A stretch of 64,000 nucleotides of DNA from Octopus vulgaris (GCA_951406725.2 OX597824.1:92256001-92320000); one strand, 5' to 3'; positions 27,201-40,649 are shown, counted from the stretch's first letter. Translations and numbers: made by a program. Notes: a model not told the origin generated them from the letters alone.

Positions 27201-27336
27201 AGGGGCTGATTGACATTCACCAAATATATGGCACACTAGGCATAACAACAACGTGAAATTCCAACCTGTTGTCTCTTGAAGTCTCTGGGTGAGACTTGGA
27301 GCCAACTTGTACAAACATAAAGCAAAAGTCAAACAT
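27201..27336 (+). mobile_element. Internally deleted 3' end of a second Dong-like family, inside (AAT)n
   Basis: Homologous to 45740-45853, with the first 12 bp matching aggggctgattg near 45555. (AAT)n on both sides. Confidence 0.8.
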
Positions 27337-27345
27337 AGAATAATA

Positions 27346-27413
<68 letters not shown>

Positions 27414-27442
27414 TAATAATAATGATGATAATAATAATAATA

Positions 27443-28440
27443 CGGACAGCGTATGTATGATCAGTGGCGAGAAAGAGAATTGTTTTAAGTCACGGAACAG
27501 AGATTATGTGATGAAGCTAGAACAATTAGAAAAAATCGTTGGTTTACAGGAGAAGAGTCTGAAGCTATCAAAAGACGGGTATTGGAAAACAGCAGCAGAA
27601 GAAACGAGGAAAATAGAGTTCGTACTGATAAAAGTAGTCTCATAGCAGAAAGCAGTGGTGAAATCTTTATATATAAAAGTAAGGTTGTGTGTCTGTCTCC
27701 TACGATTTAGATTCCTAACTACTCCCACATTTTGCGGTGCAGTTTAACCAAAACCGGGTATCTTATAGTCGTGATTCATATCGAGCCCTTCTGGGTATTA
27801 GCGCGCGTCTACGATGAGTCTACGATTTAAAAAAAAATTACCATCATTTTTTCAATTTTAATGCATTTTTTTCGCTATTATATAAGGGAAGTAACTCTCT
27901 AAAATGTCTACGATGAGTCAACGATTAAAAAAAAAAAATTACCATCATTTTTTTCCCATTTTTTTGCTATTTTTTGGCTATAACTCTCTAAAAATGCTTA
28001 TATAGTTATTTCCCTTACAAACCCGAGCAACGCCGAGCGATACCGCTAGTTACTAATAAACCGCAGGAAAGGAACAGTAATAGCTTGCTTGATGAAAGAA
28101 TACAATAAAACTAATGGTTGTATGACAGATGGGCAAAAGGCAATCAACGGCAGAATAAAGACAAGGCTACAGGAGACAGATGGCGACATTATTTTCAACG
28201 TTAAAAAGGTTGATCGGTGGAGATTGAACCAAGAAACGAAAAATGTGAATGAAATTCTGAAATACATCAGAAGAAAAAAATCATCACAGGAAAAAATAAT
28301 TTGATCAAGGCAGCAAGTACTGTTGGAGTAGAAAATGTGATTGTTGATAACAAGAAAAGAAAATATAGTGGGAGTGACAAAAGAAAAGATCCATGGTGGA
28401 AAAAAAAATACAGACGTGTTTGGATATGCTCTCGAAAGAA
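27443..28440 (+). mobile_element. N-terminal ORF region of R4/Dong-clade element, interrupted by a Helitron
   Basis: RQRMYDQWRERELF*VTEQRLCDEARTIRKNRWFT... upstream of 27664 and FNVKKVDRWRLNQETKNVNEILKYI...NNLIKAAS...DPWWKKK downstream of 28049, resembling R4/Dong N-terminal motifs. Confidence 0.7.
27664..28049 (+). mobile_element. Non-autonomous Helitron
   Basis: 5' A|TCTTTATATATAAAAG; 3' GC-rich hairpin-like cccgagcaacgccgagcg then CTAG|T. Inserted between A and T with no TSD; internal short duplication. Confidence 0.85.
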
Positions 28441-28925
28441 CGCATTTCGCCCGGCATGCTAACGTTTCTGCCAGCTCGCCGCCTTAAATATTCTTTTTTA
28501 TTCTAGGCACAAGGCCCGAAATTTGGGGGGAGGGGCAAGTCGATTAGATCGACCCCAGTACGCATCTGGTACTTAATTTATCGCTCCCGAAAGGATGAAA
28601 GGCAAAGTCAACCTTGGTGGGATCTGAACTCAGAACGTAACGGTAGACGAAATACCTATTTCTTTACGGCCCACAAGGAGCTACACACAGAGGGGGCAAA
28701 CAAGGACAGACAAACGGATTAAATCGATTATATTGACTCCAGTGCGTTACTGGTACTTATTTAATCGACCCCGAAGGGCCTGAAATTTTGGGGGAGTGGG
28801 CAAGTAGATTAGATCGACCTAAGTACTCATATGGTACTTAATTTATCAACCCCGAAGGGATGAATGGTAGAATCGACCTTGGTGGATTTTGAACTTAGAA
28901 CGTTAGCATTTTGCCACGCGTGCTA
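28441..28925 (-). mobile_element. SINE family S2 copies (head fragment plus multi-unit copy)
   Basis: Reverse complement of the S2 head (28441-28484) and of S2 body/tail units. Confidence 0.85.
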
Positions 28926-29567
28926 ATATCAACGCAACAATTATATTCTTTATAAAATATTTGTTTAAAATAAAGAGCAAATTATTTCAGCATTTTGGTA
29001 GTTTTCTTTTAATATTGTTGCCGCAGATTATCTCTAGCTAACAAACAGTAAATATACCTCCAGCCGTGACCATCCCGTCATTTTAGGCTTATTTTATCTA
29101 TGACCATCAAATCCTATACTTACATACATTTCGTTTTGAAAATCTATGTTGAAATATGAGAACCATTTTGTCTGTTATGTCTAGCAGTACTTAACGATTA
29201 GCGAAGAGGCAACCACGTTCTCTGAAGGGCAAGTGTTAATCGCTTGTGGTTTCTTGTTTAAAAAGGATTTTCAGCGATCGCATTGTTTTTCCAATGTAAA
29301 GAGTTATCTAGTCGGCGTAAAGCACGAAGACGACCGATGCCACGGACCATCGTATTTGCACAGGGATAGTAAGATGCAGAATCATTAACACTGGCAAATA
29401 TAACACTACACATACATACGTTAATACTTGTCAGTGCCTGTAAGAAGAATGGCCATGTGTGTGTCTGTGTCTGTGTCTGTGTCTGTGAGAGAGAGAGAGA
29501 GAGCGTGTGTACGTGGATATCAATGAGAACTTAATCATACACAAATACTTTAGCGCAGTAGCACACG

Positions 29568-29646
29568 CAAGTACCCACACCAATACGCACACACAAGTAC
29601 CCACACCAATACGCACACACAAGTACCCACACCAATACGCACACAC
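29568..29646. repeat. 26-bp minisatellite x3
   Basis: caagtacccacaccaatacgcacaca repeated. Confidence 0.9.
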
Positions 29647-29797
29647 ACACTCATACACATATGTGTGTGTGTGTTTTGCGTGTGACACAACATGTGTGTG
29701 CTGACGTATAGCTGTCTGTCTCTATGTATATATATATATATATATATATATAAATACGCACACACACCACACGCAAACACACTCGCACACACACACT

Positions 29798-29840
<43 letters not shown>

Positions 29841-30000
29841 TTGAATATATCGATATAAAAGATTTAGAAACTTGCACGTTTTTAAATCAGGAATTATTTG
29901 AGTCCGCCATAGACTCCCACTCTATGTCTTGCTCTTATCAATATGTGCGCGCGTGTGCACACACACACACACATAAGTATATATATATATATATATATAC

Positions 30001-30333
30001 GTGGTTAGGGCAGCGGACTCGTGGACGTACGATCGCGGTTCCGACTCCCAGACCGGGTGATGTGAATGTTTATTGAGCGAAAACACCTAAGGCACAACGA
30101 GGATCCGGCAGGGGGTAGTGGTGAACTTTGCTGTACTCTTTCACCGCAACTTTCTCTCACTCTTTCTTCCTGTTTCTCTTGTACCTGTGCCTCAAAGGGC
30201 ACCCTTGTCAGACTCTGAGTCACGGTGAATATCCCCGAGAACTATGTTTAGGGTACACGCGTGACTGTGGAGTGCTCAGCCACTTGTACTTTAATTTCAC
30301 GAGCAGCCTGAAGCCTCGTCGTCGAAACCGACG
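30001..30333 (+). mobile_element. tRNA(Arg)-like-headed SINE (family S3)
   Basis: gtggttagggcagcggactcg...cgcggttccgactcccagaccggg head. The body gggtacacg...ggagtgctcagccacttg recurs reversed at about 56310-56465. Confidence 0.85.
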
Positions 30334-30435
30334 GATATATATATATATATATGTATGTATACACTATGCTGAAAGAAAAATACAAAAATACTACAATGAC
30401 CAATCAATGACCACCTACACACACACATACACACA

Positions 30436-30485
<50 letters not shown>

Positions 30486-30774
30486 ATTTATTTAATATTA
30501 CTGTATATTTAAACACAAAAGAGGCCACCTCAACAGGACACCTAGTTTGCTAGAAAGAACAGTCAGAATCCAAACGAAAGTTATGGCCAATTTTTTCATT
30601 CCCTTCGAAATTGCCTCTAACCGTAGTTTGTATTCTGACAATTCCTCCTAGCATGCTAAATGTCCAGTTGACGTCGTCTCTTTTGTCTTTAAATGTACAC
30701 AAATTGACATGAATAATATATAGTCTATTAACTACTTTCTGCATGCTAGGCCACTGTTATTCCCCCCCACCAAA

Positions 30775-30951
30775 AAAAAAACTAAGACGAAGACGGGTGT
30801 GTAAACAACAAACAGATGTATTAGTTTAACGCTCGGGAAGTGAGAAGGACTTCTACATTTCGAGCATACGGTCTTCGACAGAAAGGAACACAGAAATAAA
30901 CAGAAAGAGAATAAGGAAAAACGTTTGGTGGCGAGCGATCTACCATGGCGA
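30775..30951 (-). mobile_element. Hammerhead-bearing repeat family B copy
   Basis: Homologous to 38423-38638. Minus strand 30850-30885 reads CTTT-CTGTCGA-A-GACC-GTAT-GCTC-GAAA-TG-T-A-GAAG. Confidence 0.65.
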
Positions 30952-30974
30952 TATATACATACATATATACACAT

Positions 30975-31102
30975 TCATACAGTTGTACATACATATATAC
31001 ACATACATACATACAGTTGTACATACATATATACACATACATACATACAGTTGTACATACATATATACACATACATACATACAGTTGTACATACATATAT
31101 AC
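30975..31102. repeat. 34-bp minisatellite about x4
   Basis: catacagttgtacatacatatatacacatacata repeated. Confidence 0.9.
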
Positions 31103-31733
31103 ATATATGATTTTATATATATATATATATTATATATATTATATATATATATATATATGCGTGTGTATTTGTACGTGTGTGTGCCTGTGTATGTGTTTGT
31201 GAGCAATGGGTTATCTTTGAAAGGTATTGCCTTTAACGATTTAGTCGAACACAGTGATGGCAATTTAGTTCTTTTCCAAGTCTGGACTTTTAAGACTAGC
31301 CATTTATGTGCGAGGACAAAAACAAACGAAGAGCGTTTCTGGAGGGACAACTTTACGATACAGAACTGAAAGAAAAACATAGACACACACACACACACAC
31401 AGAGAAATGCATGAGCAAAGAGGCACACATCAGTTTATAAACACACAAATGTACGAACACGCATAAACATTCCTACGCAAGAATTCAAATTTTCTCTCTG
31501 TCTCTGTCACTCTGTCTCTCTCTGTCTCTCTCTCTCTCGCGCGCGCTCTTTCTCTTACACTCACTCTTACTGTCACTTTCTCTTCATCCCGCACAAACTT
31601 TTGTCTACAACTCAATAAATTTTGCATTTCCGAGTATACCTACATGCATACATGCATACGTGTAATGTAATATATACGTCTGTGCATGCATAAATGAATA
31701 CATATATGTATATTTATATATATATATAAATGG

Positions 31734-31780
<47 letters not shown>

Positions 31781-31859
31781 ATATAGATATAATGTATATG
31801 TATATATATCATCAGATGTTTATATATATATTTATATATATATACATACACACACACAC

Positions 31860-31895
<36 letters not shown>

Positions 31896-33894
31896 ATACA
31901 GATGTGTGTGTTTATCTGTCTGTTTTTGAACTGTAGCATGCATGCATTGAATAGACATTATAACGTATATTACATTTGCATATACACGGGGTTATCTTAC
32001 CAATTCCAAACATATACGATTTGCCAATTTTATTTCTCTTTCAGAAACAGCTCTTCAGATACATAGACAAACGTGACCTCAGCATAGCATTGAGAACAAT
32101 CTTAGTTACGGCTATCTGTTAAAGACTAGAAACATTGTTCTTTGACGCATTGATTAACGATGAAAATGGTGTCATATTCCTCTATCGATTAGATGCCGGA
32201 GTGCAAACACATCTTAGTATTTCAAGGATAGAGATTCAAAGCAAACATCGAAACAGGGAGCGCATCTCGAAACGTATACATTCGTCCCTGATAATAACAT
32301 ACAAATATACGTATACCCGTCATCTAATACCGAGCGAAGTAAACCTGTGAACCTAAGAATCTGTGTATACATACATACATACATACATACATACATGCAT
32401 ACATGCATACATGCATAAATGCATACATACATACATGCATATATGCTTAAATGCATTCATACATACATACATAAATATCATTCATCTTGTGTAGAGTTGT
32501 TGAATATTCTTAAGGCAGCAAGTTACTCACACGCAGCATCTTTAAGAGCTTGTCGTCAATTCAGTTCTCAACGAAATTAAACGCTGTAAACAGTTTTGAA
32601 GACGACTGGTCCCTAGCTACATTCTAGCAGAAGAAATTTGAGATTTGATCCAGCAGGAAAAAGTTTACATCAAAATTTGTAGCAAAGTTATAGGAGAGTA
32701 ATTAACATCATCAATCAAGTTTAGATCTAAATAACTTATATATTTTAAAAGCAATTAATATTTATTTGAGTTTCGGTGATAGAAGAGAGCTTGAAGAATT
32801 TAATAGTTTTGTTCCCGTGCAAGAAACATTTTATAAGGTAAAAAATGTCCAGAAAAAATATAAGTAAGGCAAAAAATGGATTTAAGTATAATTAAATTGT
32901 TTTATTTAAAAAACAAACTATAATTTGATTAGGCTTAAATGATCGAGCCCAATTCGAGGAATTTCATGGTATGAATCTCATGCAATAAAGTTTTAAAACG
33001 AAAATGTTATGAGTGTTTCTTTATCAAATTTGTTGGTGATAATGTAGTTCTAAACTTCTTTATGAAGGGGATTTTTAATATACGTCCTGGGGGTCGTTGA
33101 GGTAAGGAAGAAACTATCAACGGCACCGCTAATTGACACATTATTAATTAGCATAATAGTATAGCCTGGCAAAAACATGTTTTACATGAAAAAATGCGAG
33201 CAGGAGAAATGATATTCATAAGATTATAAACCTGGAAAATTACAGGAGAAAAATCATTACACTTGAAACTTATTACATTTGGTAAAGTACAGAACTAGTA
33301 AGTTTTTACTTAAAATATTGCATTTAAGGATATCATTTTAGATAAAATATCCAGGTTTAGAAAACATTAGCTTGTATTAAAACTAAAAATTATTACTTCT
33401 ATTTGTTATTAATTGTTACTTCTGTTAAAATATAAATTAATTCAAAATAATTTTGCACTTTAAAATATTAATTTCATAAAATTGTTAATTAACAATTAAA
33501 AATTTGAAAATAACTTATAAAAATAATAATAGTACATAATTACTTAGTACAATAAATAGAATAACACAAAAAGTAGTTATATATTACAGTAATATCTACT
33601 TATAACAAAATTTCACAGTAAAATATGTTTGATTTATGGGTAAATTATTGCCAAGTCTTCATATTTTAGTCTTGACCCAATGCCTTTAGTTATAATTGGT
33701 ACATCTGGCTTTCATTTTTAACTATTCTACTGAGGCAATACATTAACAACATAATGGGACCTGTTTTAATTGTAATGTTAATTAGTAAATGAAAATCAAA
33801 TAAATTTTAATATTCAAGTTTTATCCTCAGCTGCAATATTTTAAGTAAAATTATTCTTGTTCTCTACTCGTATTTTTCCATGTAAATATATCTA

Positions 33895-33930
<36 letters not shown>

Positions 33931-33994
33931 TGTATGTATGTATGTATGTATGTATGTATGTATGTAGGAATATATATATATATATGTATGTATG

Positions 33995-34046
<52 letters not shown>

Positions 34047-34048
<2 letters not shown>

Positions 34049-34163
34049 CCTGCTCGCTTAGCCAGCGGGGTGGCGTCATTCGAAGGCTAAAACAATGCGA
34101 ACGCATTGTGACCAGCGATGTGTAACAACATCTGATGGTCTGATCGGTCACGTGATCACGTGA
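34047..34163 (+). mobile_element. GC-rich structured ~117-bp insert in (TA)n, probable retroposon 3' tail
   Basis: (TA)n on both flanks; several hairpins; ends in the palindrome tcacgtgatcacgtga. Confidence 0.45.
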
Positions 34164-34766
34164 TATATATATATATATCAAAAGTAACAAAAACGCAATA
34201 GAGGACAATAAAACATTCGGAGAGATATACGATACAAAGGCGAATAGGGGAAACAATAATTAGAAGGACCGAAAGGAAGACGAGTCATTCTTTGATCAAT
34301 CAAGCTTACCACAAGTTCTTAATGTTTCTGGAAGTTACACTTGAGGCAGTTCGATCTGGTTGCCTCATCCCCGAAATTCTAAGCTAAGAGCAATAGATTT
34401 TTGGCAAGAAAGTTAGCGAATGTGTACTTCAACAAAGACAAAAACCTGAGAGCTCGGTACACAATTACGAATACAAACAAGGAAAAATAACATGTGTCTT
34501 TTGACTGAGGACGAATCAATCTGAGCTGGTGTGTATGAAGTGAAAACCAGAAGGCAAAAACATAGGAGATGCACATAAGAGGTGTGGGGGTCGGCAGTCA
34601 GGCCAGAAAAGAAAGATCATGGCTGGTCGGACAGCGGTCACGTGGAAGTAGGAGAGATGGGTACAGGCAGCAGTATTGAAAGATTTGAAAAAAATCAGAG
34701 GAAAGAGAACGGTACAAGGGAGATGGGGGAGTTAAAGAAAGAGAGGAGGAAATATATATATATATA

Positions 34767-35176
34767 GGAGTGGTTGTGTGGTAAGTAACTTGTTTACCAA
34801 CCACATGATTCCGGGTTCAGTCCCACTGCGTGGCATATTGGGCAAGTGTCTTCTACTATAGCCTCGGGCCGACCAAAGCCTTGTGAGTGGATTTGGTAGA
34901 CGGAAACTGAAAGAAGCCCGTCGTATATATGTATATATATATATATGCGTGTGTGTGTTTGTGTGTCTGTGTTTGTCCCCCTAGCATTGCTTGACAACCG
35001 ATGCTGGTGGGTTTAAGTCCCCGTTACTTAACGGTTCGGCAATAGAGACCGATAGAATAAGTACTGGGCTTACAAAAGAATAAGTCCCGAGGTCTAGTTG
35101 CTCGATTAAATGCGGTGCACCAGCATGGCCGCAGTCAAATGACTGAAACATGTAGAAGAGTAAAAGAGTAAAGAGT
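34767..35176 (+). mobile_element. Full-length bipartite tRNA-derived SINE (family S1)
   Basis: ggagtggttgtgtggtaag...ccgggttcagtccc head, internal (TA)n(TG)n, tail agaagagtaaaagagtaaagagta. Multiple homologues in the window. Confidence 0.9.
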
Positions 35177-35374
35177 ATATATATATATATCGAATCTTAC
35201 CTGTGTTAGCATGTACCACCTTCTGACAATCTAAACTTCATCTAGTCGAAAGATACTTGGCCTGAAGTGTAGTCTGCGATATACACCTCATTTGCATATT
35301 AACCACTTGCGAGGTTCAGCTAGCTATAAAACATATGTAAACCGGATCATCTCTACACCATTCCTTACCTCACG

Positions 35375-35415
<41 letters not shown>

Positions 35416-35469
35416 GTGTGTGTGTGTGTATATTTATATATTTATATATTTATATATATGTGTATGTAT

Positions 35470-35500
<31 letters not shown>

Positions 35501-35601
35501 TGGGTGTGTGTTTGTGTACATCTATATATATAGGTAGATAGATATACATATTCATACATATATATATCTACCTATACTTATAATCATACATAGATATATG
35601 T

Positions 35602-35680
<79 letters not shown>

Positions 35681-35686
<6 letters not shown>

Positions 35687-35946
35687 AATATGTATCTATA
35701 TATGTATATGTACATATATATACTTATATACATAATATGAGTGTATATGTCTATATCTATATCTATATCCATATATGTCTTCATATAGGCTCTTATGCAC
35801 ACGTATATATAATACGTATACACAAATATGTATCTATATATGTATATGTACATATATATACTTATATACATAATATGAGTGTATATAACTATATCTATAT
35901 CTATATCCATATATGTCTTCATATAGGCTCTTATGCACACGTATAT
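35681..35946. repeat. ~138-bp tandem duplication of low-complexity DNA
   Basis: tacacaaatatgtatctat...cttcatataggctcttatgcacacgtata occurs twice. Confidence 0.85.
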
Positions 35947-36507
35947 ATTTACAAAACTTGATATATCCATAATTAGATATTTAGAAATACGTACACATAT
36001 AACATCTACCAATTTCCAGAAACCCACACACACGCACACACACACATACACACGAACAAACACACGTACACACACAAATGCACACACATAGTGGCAACAC
36101 GCGCATGCGTCAGCATTTGCCCACATGATCACCCGCAAGAAATAGATTAATATCTTTTCTTGTTTATTTAATCATAAATTTATTTATTCATATTTCGTGG
36201 GATATGGAATATTAAAGGAGACAATCTCGTTATGTATCTAACTGTAACAGGCGACAGCTATTAATGCAGACACATGATAACGGTGTATTTAATACGATTT
36301 AAAGTTGGGAATAGAATTCGCATCAAAATTTTGTATCTGATTATTTTATGGACTTGTAAGACAAATTTTTTATATATTTAAAGATTTCTCTTTTTAAATA
36401 ATATTTAACTTATTATCAAATGAATATACTTTCAAAAATAAGTTGGTTTTTTTTCTGTTTTCCTTACGTGAAAGTTTGGTTGTAAATGAATATATCTGTC
36501 CGTAAGC

Positions 36508-36538
<31 letters not shown>

Positions 36539-38252
36539 ATATTTGTGTGTGTGTACACGCATGTCCACACACACACACACCAATATAAAGATATGTGTGT
36601 GTTTGCGTGTGTGAGTGTGGGTATATTTATACTTATATATACTTTATACACACACACACACATATATATATATAAACAAAATGTGGGTATATATGTATGT
36701 GTATATGTGGCTGGTAATTTAGAAACTAAATTGATTCCGAAAGTGGGTGGCACCGCCCCCTGAATGGCGGAAAATCCAGGGCGGCATGAAGAAAAGTGGG
36801 GCGATAATGGGGTGACTAAAACGGGGTAGTGGAAGGAAAAAACTAAATAAAGGGTTTATTTTGTTAAGTTTTATTTGTGAAATACTGTTGTTTTGAATTT
36901 GCTGCAGAAAATGGCCTATGTCTGTGATTGTGAGGGAGTGGAGGGTGCACAAGGAATGTGGCCTGAGAACCAAGGGATCGGCAGCCTGAAAAAATCGGTG
37001 AACCACTGATTTAGATTATCTATGTGCTAAAGAAAATGCGCCTCTTATGAGGTGTCCCTTATTTCGTGTACGTGTCTCTATTTTCGCGTTATCAGTGCAG
37101 TTCGGTAGACAAGGACTCTGCTAAAGTCCCATATGAATGCGTTGTGTGTTTGTGCACGTGTCTATGTATGTGATTGTATGTGTGAGTGTGTGTGTGTGAG
37201 TGTGTATGTGGGTATGTATGTAGATACATACGTGCATGTCTATGTATATGCCTGTGTGTTTATATGTAGTTATGTGAGTGTGTCTGTATATGTATGTGAG
37301 AAACCGAGAAACCGCTGCGTACGAAGAAAGTAACTTGTGATATTTGTTCCGCTCATATTGCTGAGAGTCCCTTGTCATTCTTGTTATCAATGATTTGACC
37401 GTTAGAATCCTGTAACTAGTAACACTGTCATTTGCAAAACCCGAAATGAAAATCGAAAATGTGATGTGTGGAATCAACAAGTCATCAACGTTAATATAGA
37501 CAACGCTAAATAACAGTGAATATTAATATGGATAATACTAACTACTTATGAATGATGATATAAATATGATATAACGTGATGATATAAATATAATATAAAT
37601 AACTGAAGCGAACTAATGAATACTGACATAGCTGTAACACTATCATAATCAGAATCGACATTCGAACGCAACAGGTATGTACCAAAACATGTGGTAAATG
37701 GCTACGTGTCACCGATGCAAATTAATCTGCATTTTGCCCCCCTTAAAATCAGGAGCACTCTGACATGGATAATTAGATTTACAGCTCACGTCACATTTCA
37801 GAAAATACGTTATTTTCCACGCATATATTTTCAATATTTATCTCGCTAATTATCATTCGTAATCAATATATTTTGGTTTTTATATTCAATAAAGTATAAT
37901 GGAGGTTTAGTAGTGTCGTTTGACCAAATGATGGAGCGAATGACACATTTACTTCGTTGTTGAGTTCCGAAATATACATGCCATTCAATACATCATGCAG
38001 TCGTTTGATTCGATGGGACTAGAGCACTCGGTTAGAGATGACCAACTGGCATGATGTTGGTGTTGAATATGATGCTTAAATATTAATTTAAACCACAGTG
38101 AAGTCGACTTCAGTACGCATTGTGTATCTGGTACTCATTTTAGCGGATTTCCATACCTAGGTAGCGATTCAAGTGGACATAAAAAGCCAGCAGCGATTGT
38201 CAAGCTGTGATAAACAAGCAAAAAGCTGCACACACACATATATATGTAAATA

Positions 38253-38290
<38 letters not shown>

Positions 38291-38422
38291 ACACACACAC
38301 ACGCACACATATATATATATATATATGTATATATGTATATATATATATATACACACACATATATATATATATATATATATTTATACATATGTATGTATAT
38401 ATATATATATATATATACATAC

Positions 38423-38638
38423 AGATCGCCATGTTGATTCGTTAGCTACTGCACGCATTTTTTTTCTCTCCTTCTTTCTGTGTTTTTCTCTCTCTGTGTA
38501 TCTTTCTGTTGAAGAGCGTAGGCTCGAAACGTTAAAGACTTGTTTTATTTATATTTCCTGAGCGCCATACTAATACAATTGTTCGTTTGTTTTCCACCTG
38601 CCTTCGTCTTTTGTTTATTTTCATAAAGCTTCCCGTTA
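38423..38638 (+). mobile_element. Hammerhead-bearing repeat family B, best-preserved copy, inside (TA)n
   Basis: (TA)n on both flanks; homologous to 30775-30951, 7967-8085 and 6550-6610. Confidence 0.7.
38501..38538 (+). ncRNA. Minimal type-I hammerhead-like fold with variant core (CUGUUGA)
   Basis: TCTTT-CTGTTGA-A-GAGC-GTAG-GCTC-GAAA-CG-T-T-AAAGA: 5-bp stem I, 4-bp stem II, ACGT palindromic stem III. Confidence 0.6.
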
Positions 38639-39594
38639 TATATATATATACATACATACATTTGTATATATATAAAAATACAGTGTACTTTTAAACACAT
38701 AAGGAATCCACTCGTGGGATTCATCACGCTAGAAAGAACAGCTAGGTTCTATAACCACAAAAATGTACACCATATTTTATGAGTAATACATAGCCTTTGG
38801 ATTAAAATTTTACACCAGTTGCGTACTGGAGTCGATCTAATCGACTGCGCCTCTCCTACAAAATTTTTGGCCCTGTGCCTAGGGTAGAAAAAAAGAAAAA
38901 AGATTATTTCCATCCGACGTGTCAGCTACCATCCACTCTGTTTCGAGATCAAATCACACCTAGGACTACTTTACCCTGCAGCATTCTCTGGTCAATAAAA
39001 TATCCTTACTAAACATCAAATGCTCACAGTGTATCCGAATATTACCGTTCGCCCATATGTCTACGTGGCCTTGAGCTAATTTCGTAAATCGATATTTACT
39101 AATAAGTGACGATTGCGACGCGTGGTTCATGTTTTATTGACCCGGTTGCCTAATACATACTTTATTGGACATCAGAAAGATGAAAAGCCATATTAATATT
39201 GACACTTTTTGGACACAGAGAAACGAAATTAGTTACTCAACGCGCCTCTGCTACTTCACCAAGTCGACTACGCTAACGCCGTGTTGTTATATGCCTTAAT
39301 AAAGATTATTAATGCAGAAATTAGTTAATAAGCGCTAATACGTAAAAACTGAAATGATAAAGTTTCCAAACGATATTTGGCATCGATATCAACTTAATCA
39401 ACCTCACCATCATCGTCATTTTCCTTCTCATCAAAGCCATCTATGTAGTTACCTATGATGAAATTGTTGTTGTCACCGTCCCCCTCTGCACCTACATTTT
39501 CTATTTTTCCCTCTCCGCCTTCGCTTCCCCCTCACCATCCTCCTCCTCACCATTCTCCTCCTCATTATTTCTGTCTTCTTCTGCTGGTACTTCT

Positions 39595-39925
39595 AAATAA
39601 TAATAATAATAATAATAATGATAATAATAATAATAATAACAATAATGATAAAAATAATAATAATAATATTAATAATGATAATAATGATAATAATAATAAC
39701 AATAATAATAATAGTAATAATAATAATAATGATAATAATAATAATAATTATAATAATAATAATAATAATAACAATAATGATAATAATAATAATAACAATA
39801 ATAATGATAATAATGATAATAATAATAATAACCATCAGAGCATCACAACAAATCACAGCACATACCTAAGGCACACAGAACTGCGCTCGGTAGTGAAGTG
39901 AAAGCACGCTATAAAAATAAAACTA

Positions 39926-39966
<41 letters not shown>

Positions 39967-39977
39967 TAATAATAATA

Positions 39978-40008
<31 letters not shown>

Positions 40009-40331
40009 TAATGATAATAATGATAATAATAATAATAATAATAATAATGATAATAATAATAATAATGATAATAATGATGATAATAATAATAATCTTCCCC
40101 CATGGCTCTCATCATCATCGTCAACATCGGCATCGTCATCATAACTACCTTCATCATCATTATCATCACGGCCATCATCAACATCATCGTTATCTAAATT
40201 GTCGTCAGCGCTTTCATTATATTCATCTTCATTAGTCCTGTCGGGTTCAAGAGTCTATGCAATAAAACAACATCACAAACACAGAAGCTGCTACTAGTGC
40301 GGCCACTAGCACTACTACTGCTGCTGCTGCA

Positions 40332-40371
<40 letters not shown>

Positions 40372-40534
40372 ATACTACTACTACTATTACTACTAATAAT
40401 ACTAATTCTACTACGACTACCGCCGGCACCACCAGCACTACTACTACTACTATTACTACTACTACTACGACTACTACTACTATTACTACTAGTAATACTA
40501 ATACTACTACTACTACTACCGCCGCTGCCACCAG

Positions 40535-40585
<51 letters not shown>

Positions 40586-40617
40586 CACTACTACTACTAC
40601 TACTGCTGCTGCTGCTG
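39595..40617. repeat. (AAT)n, (CAT)n and (CTA)n microsatellite block
   Basis: Directly visible. A 98-bp non-repetitive insert at 39832-39929 lies within the (AAT)n tract and may be a retroposon 3' tip. Confidence 0.9.
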
Positions 40618-40649
40618 TTTTTGACTTTGCTAATGCTGCTGCAGCTACC

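Noticed and set aside
32470-33860. Possible mitochondrial insertion (very AT-rich)
   Set aside because: No recognisable mitochondrial tRNA, rRNA or protein motif.
36725-37008. Possible hAT/Charlie MITE ending in gaaccactg, with a similar hint at 8874
   Set aside because: Only one terminus is recognisable and no 8-bp TSD was found.
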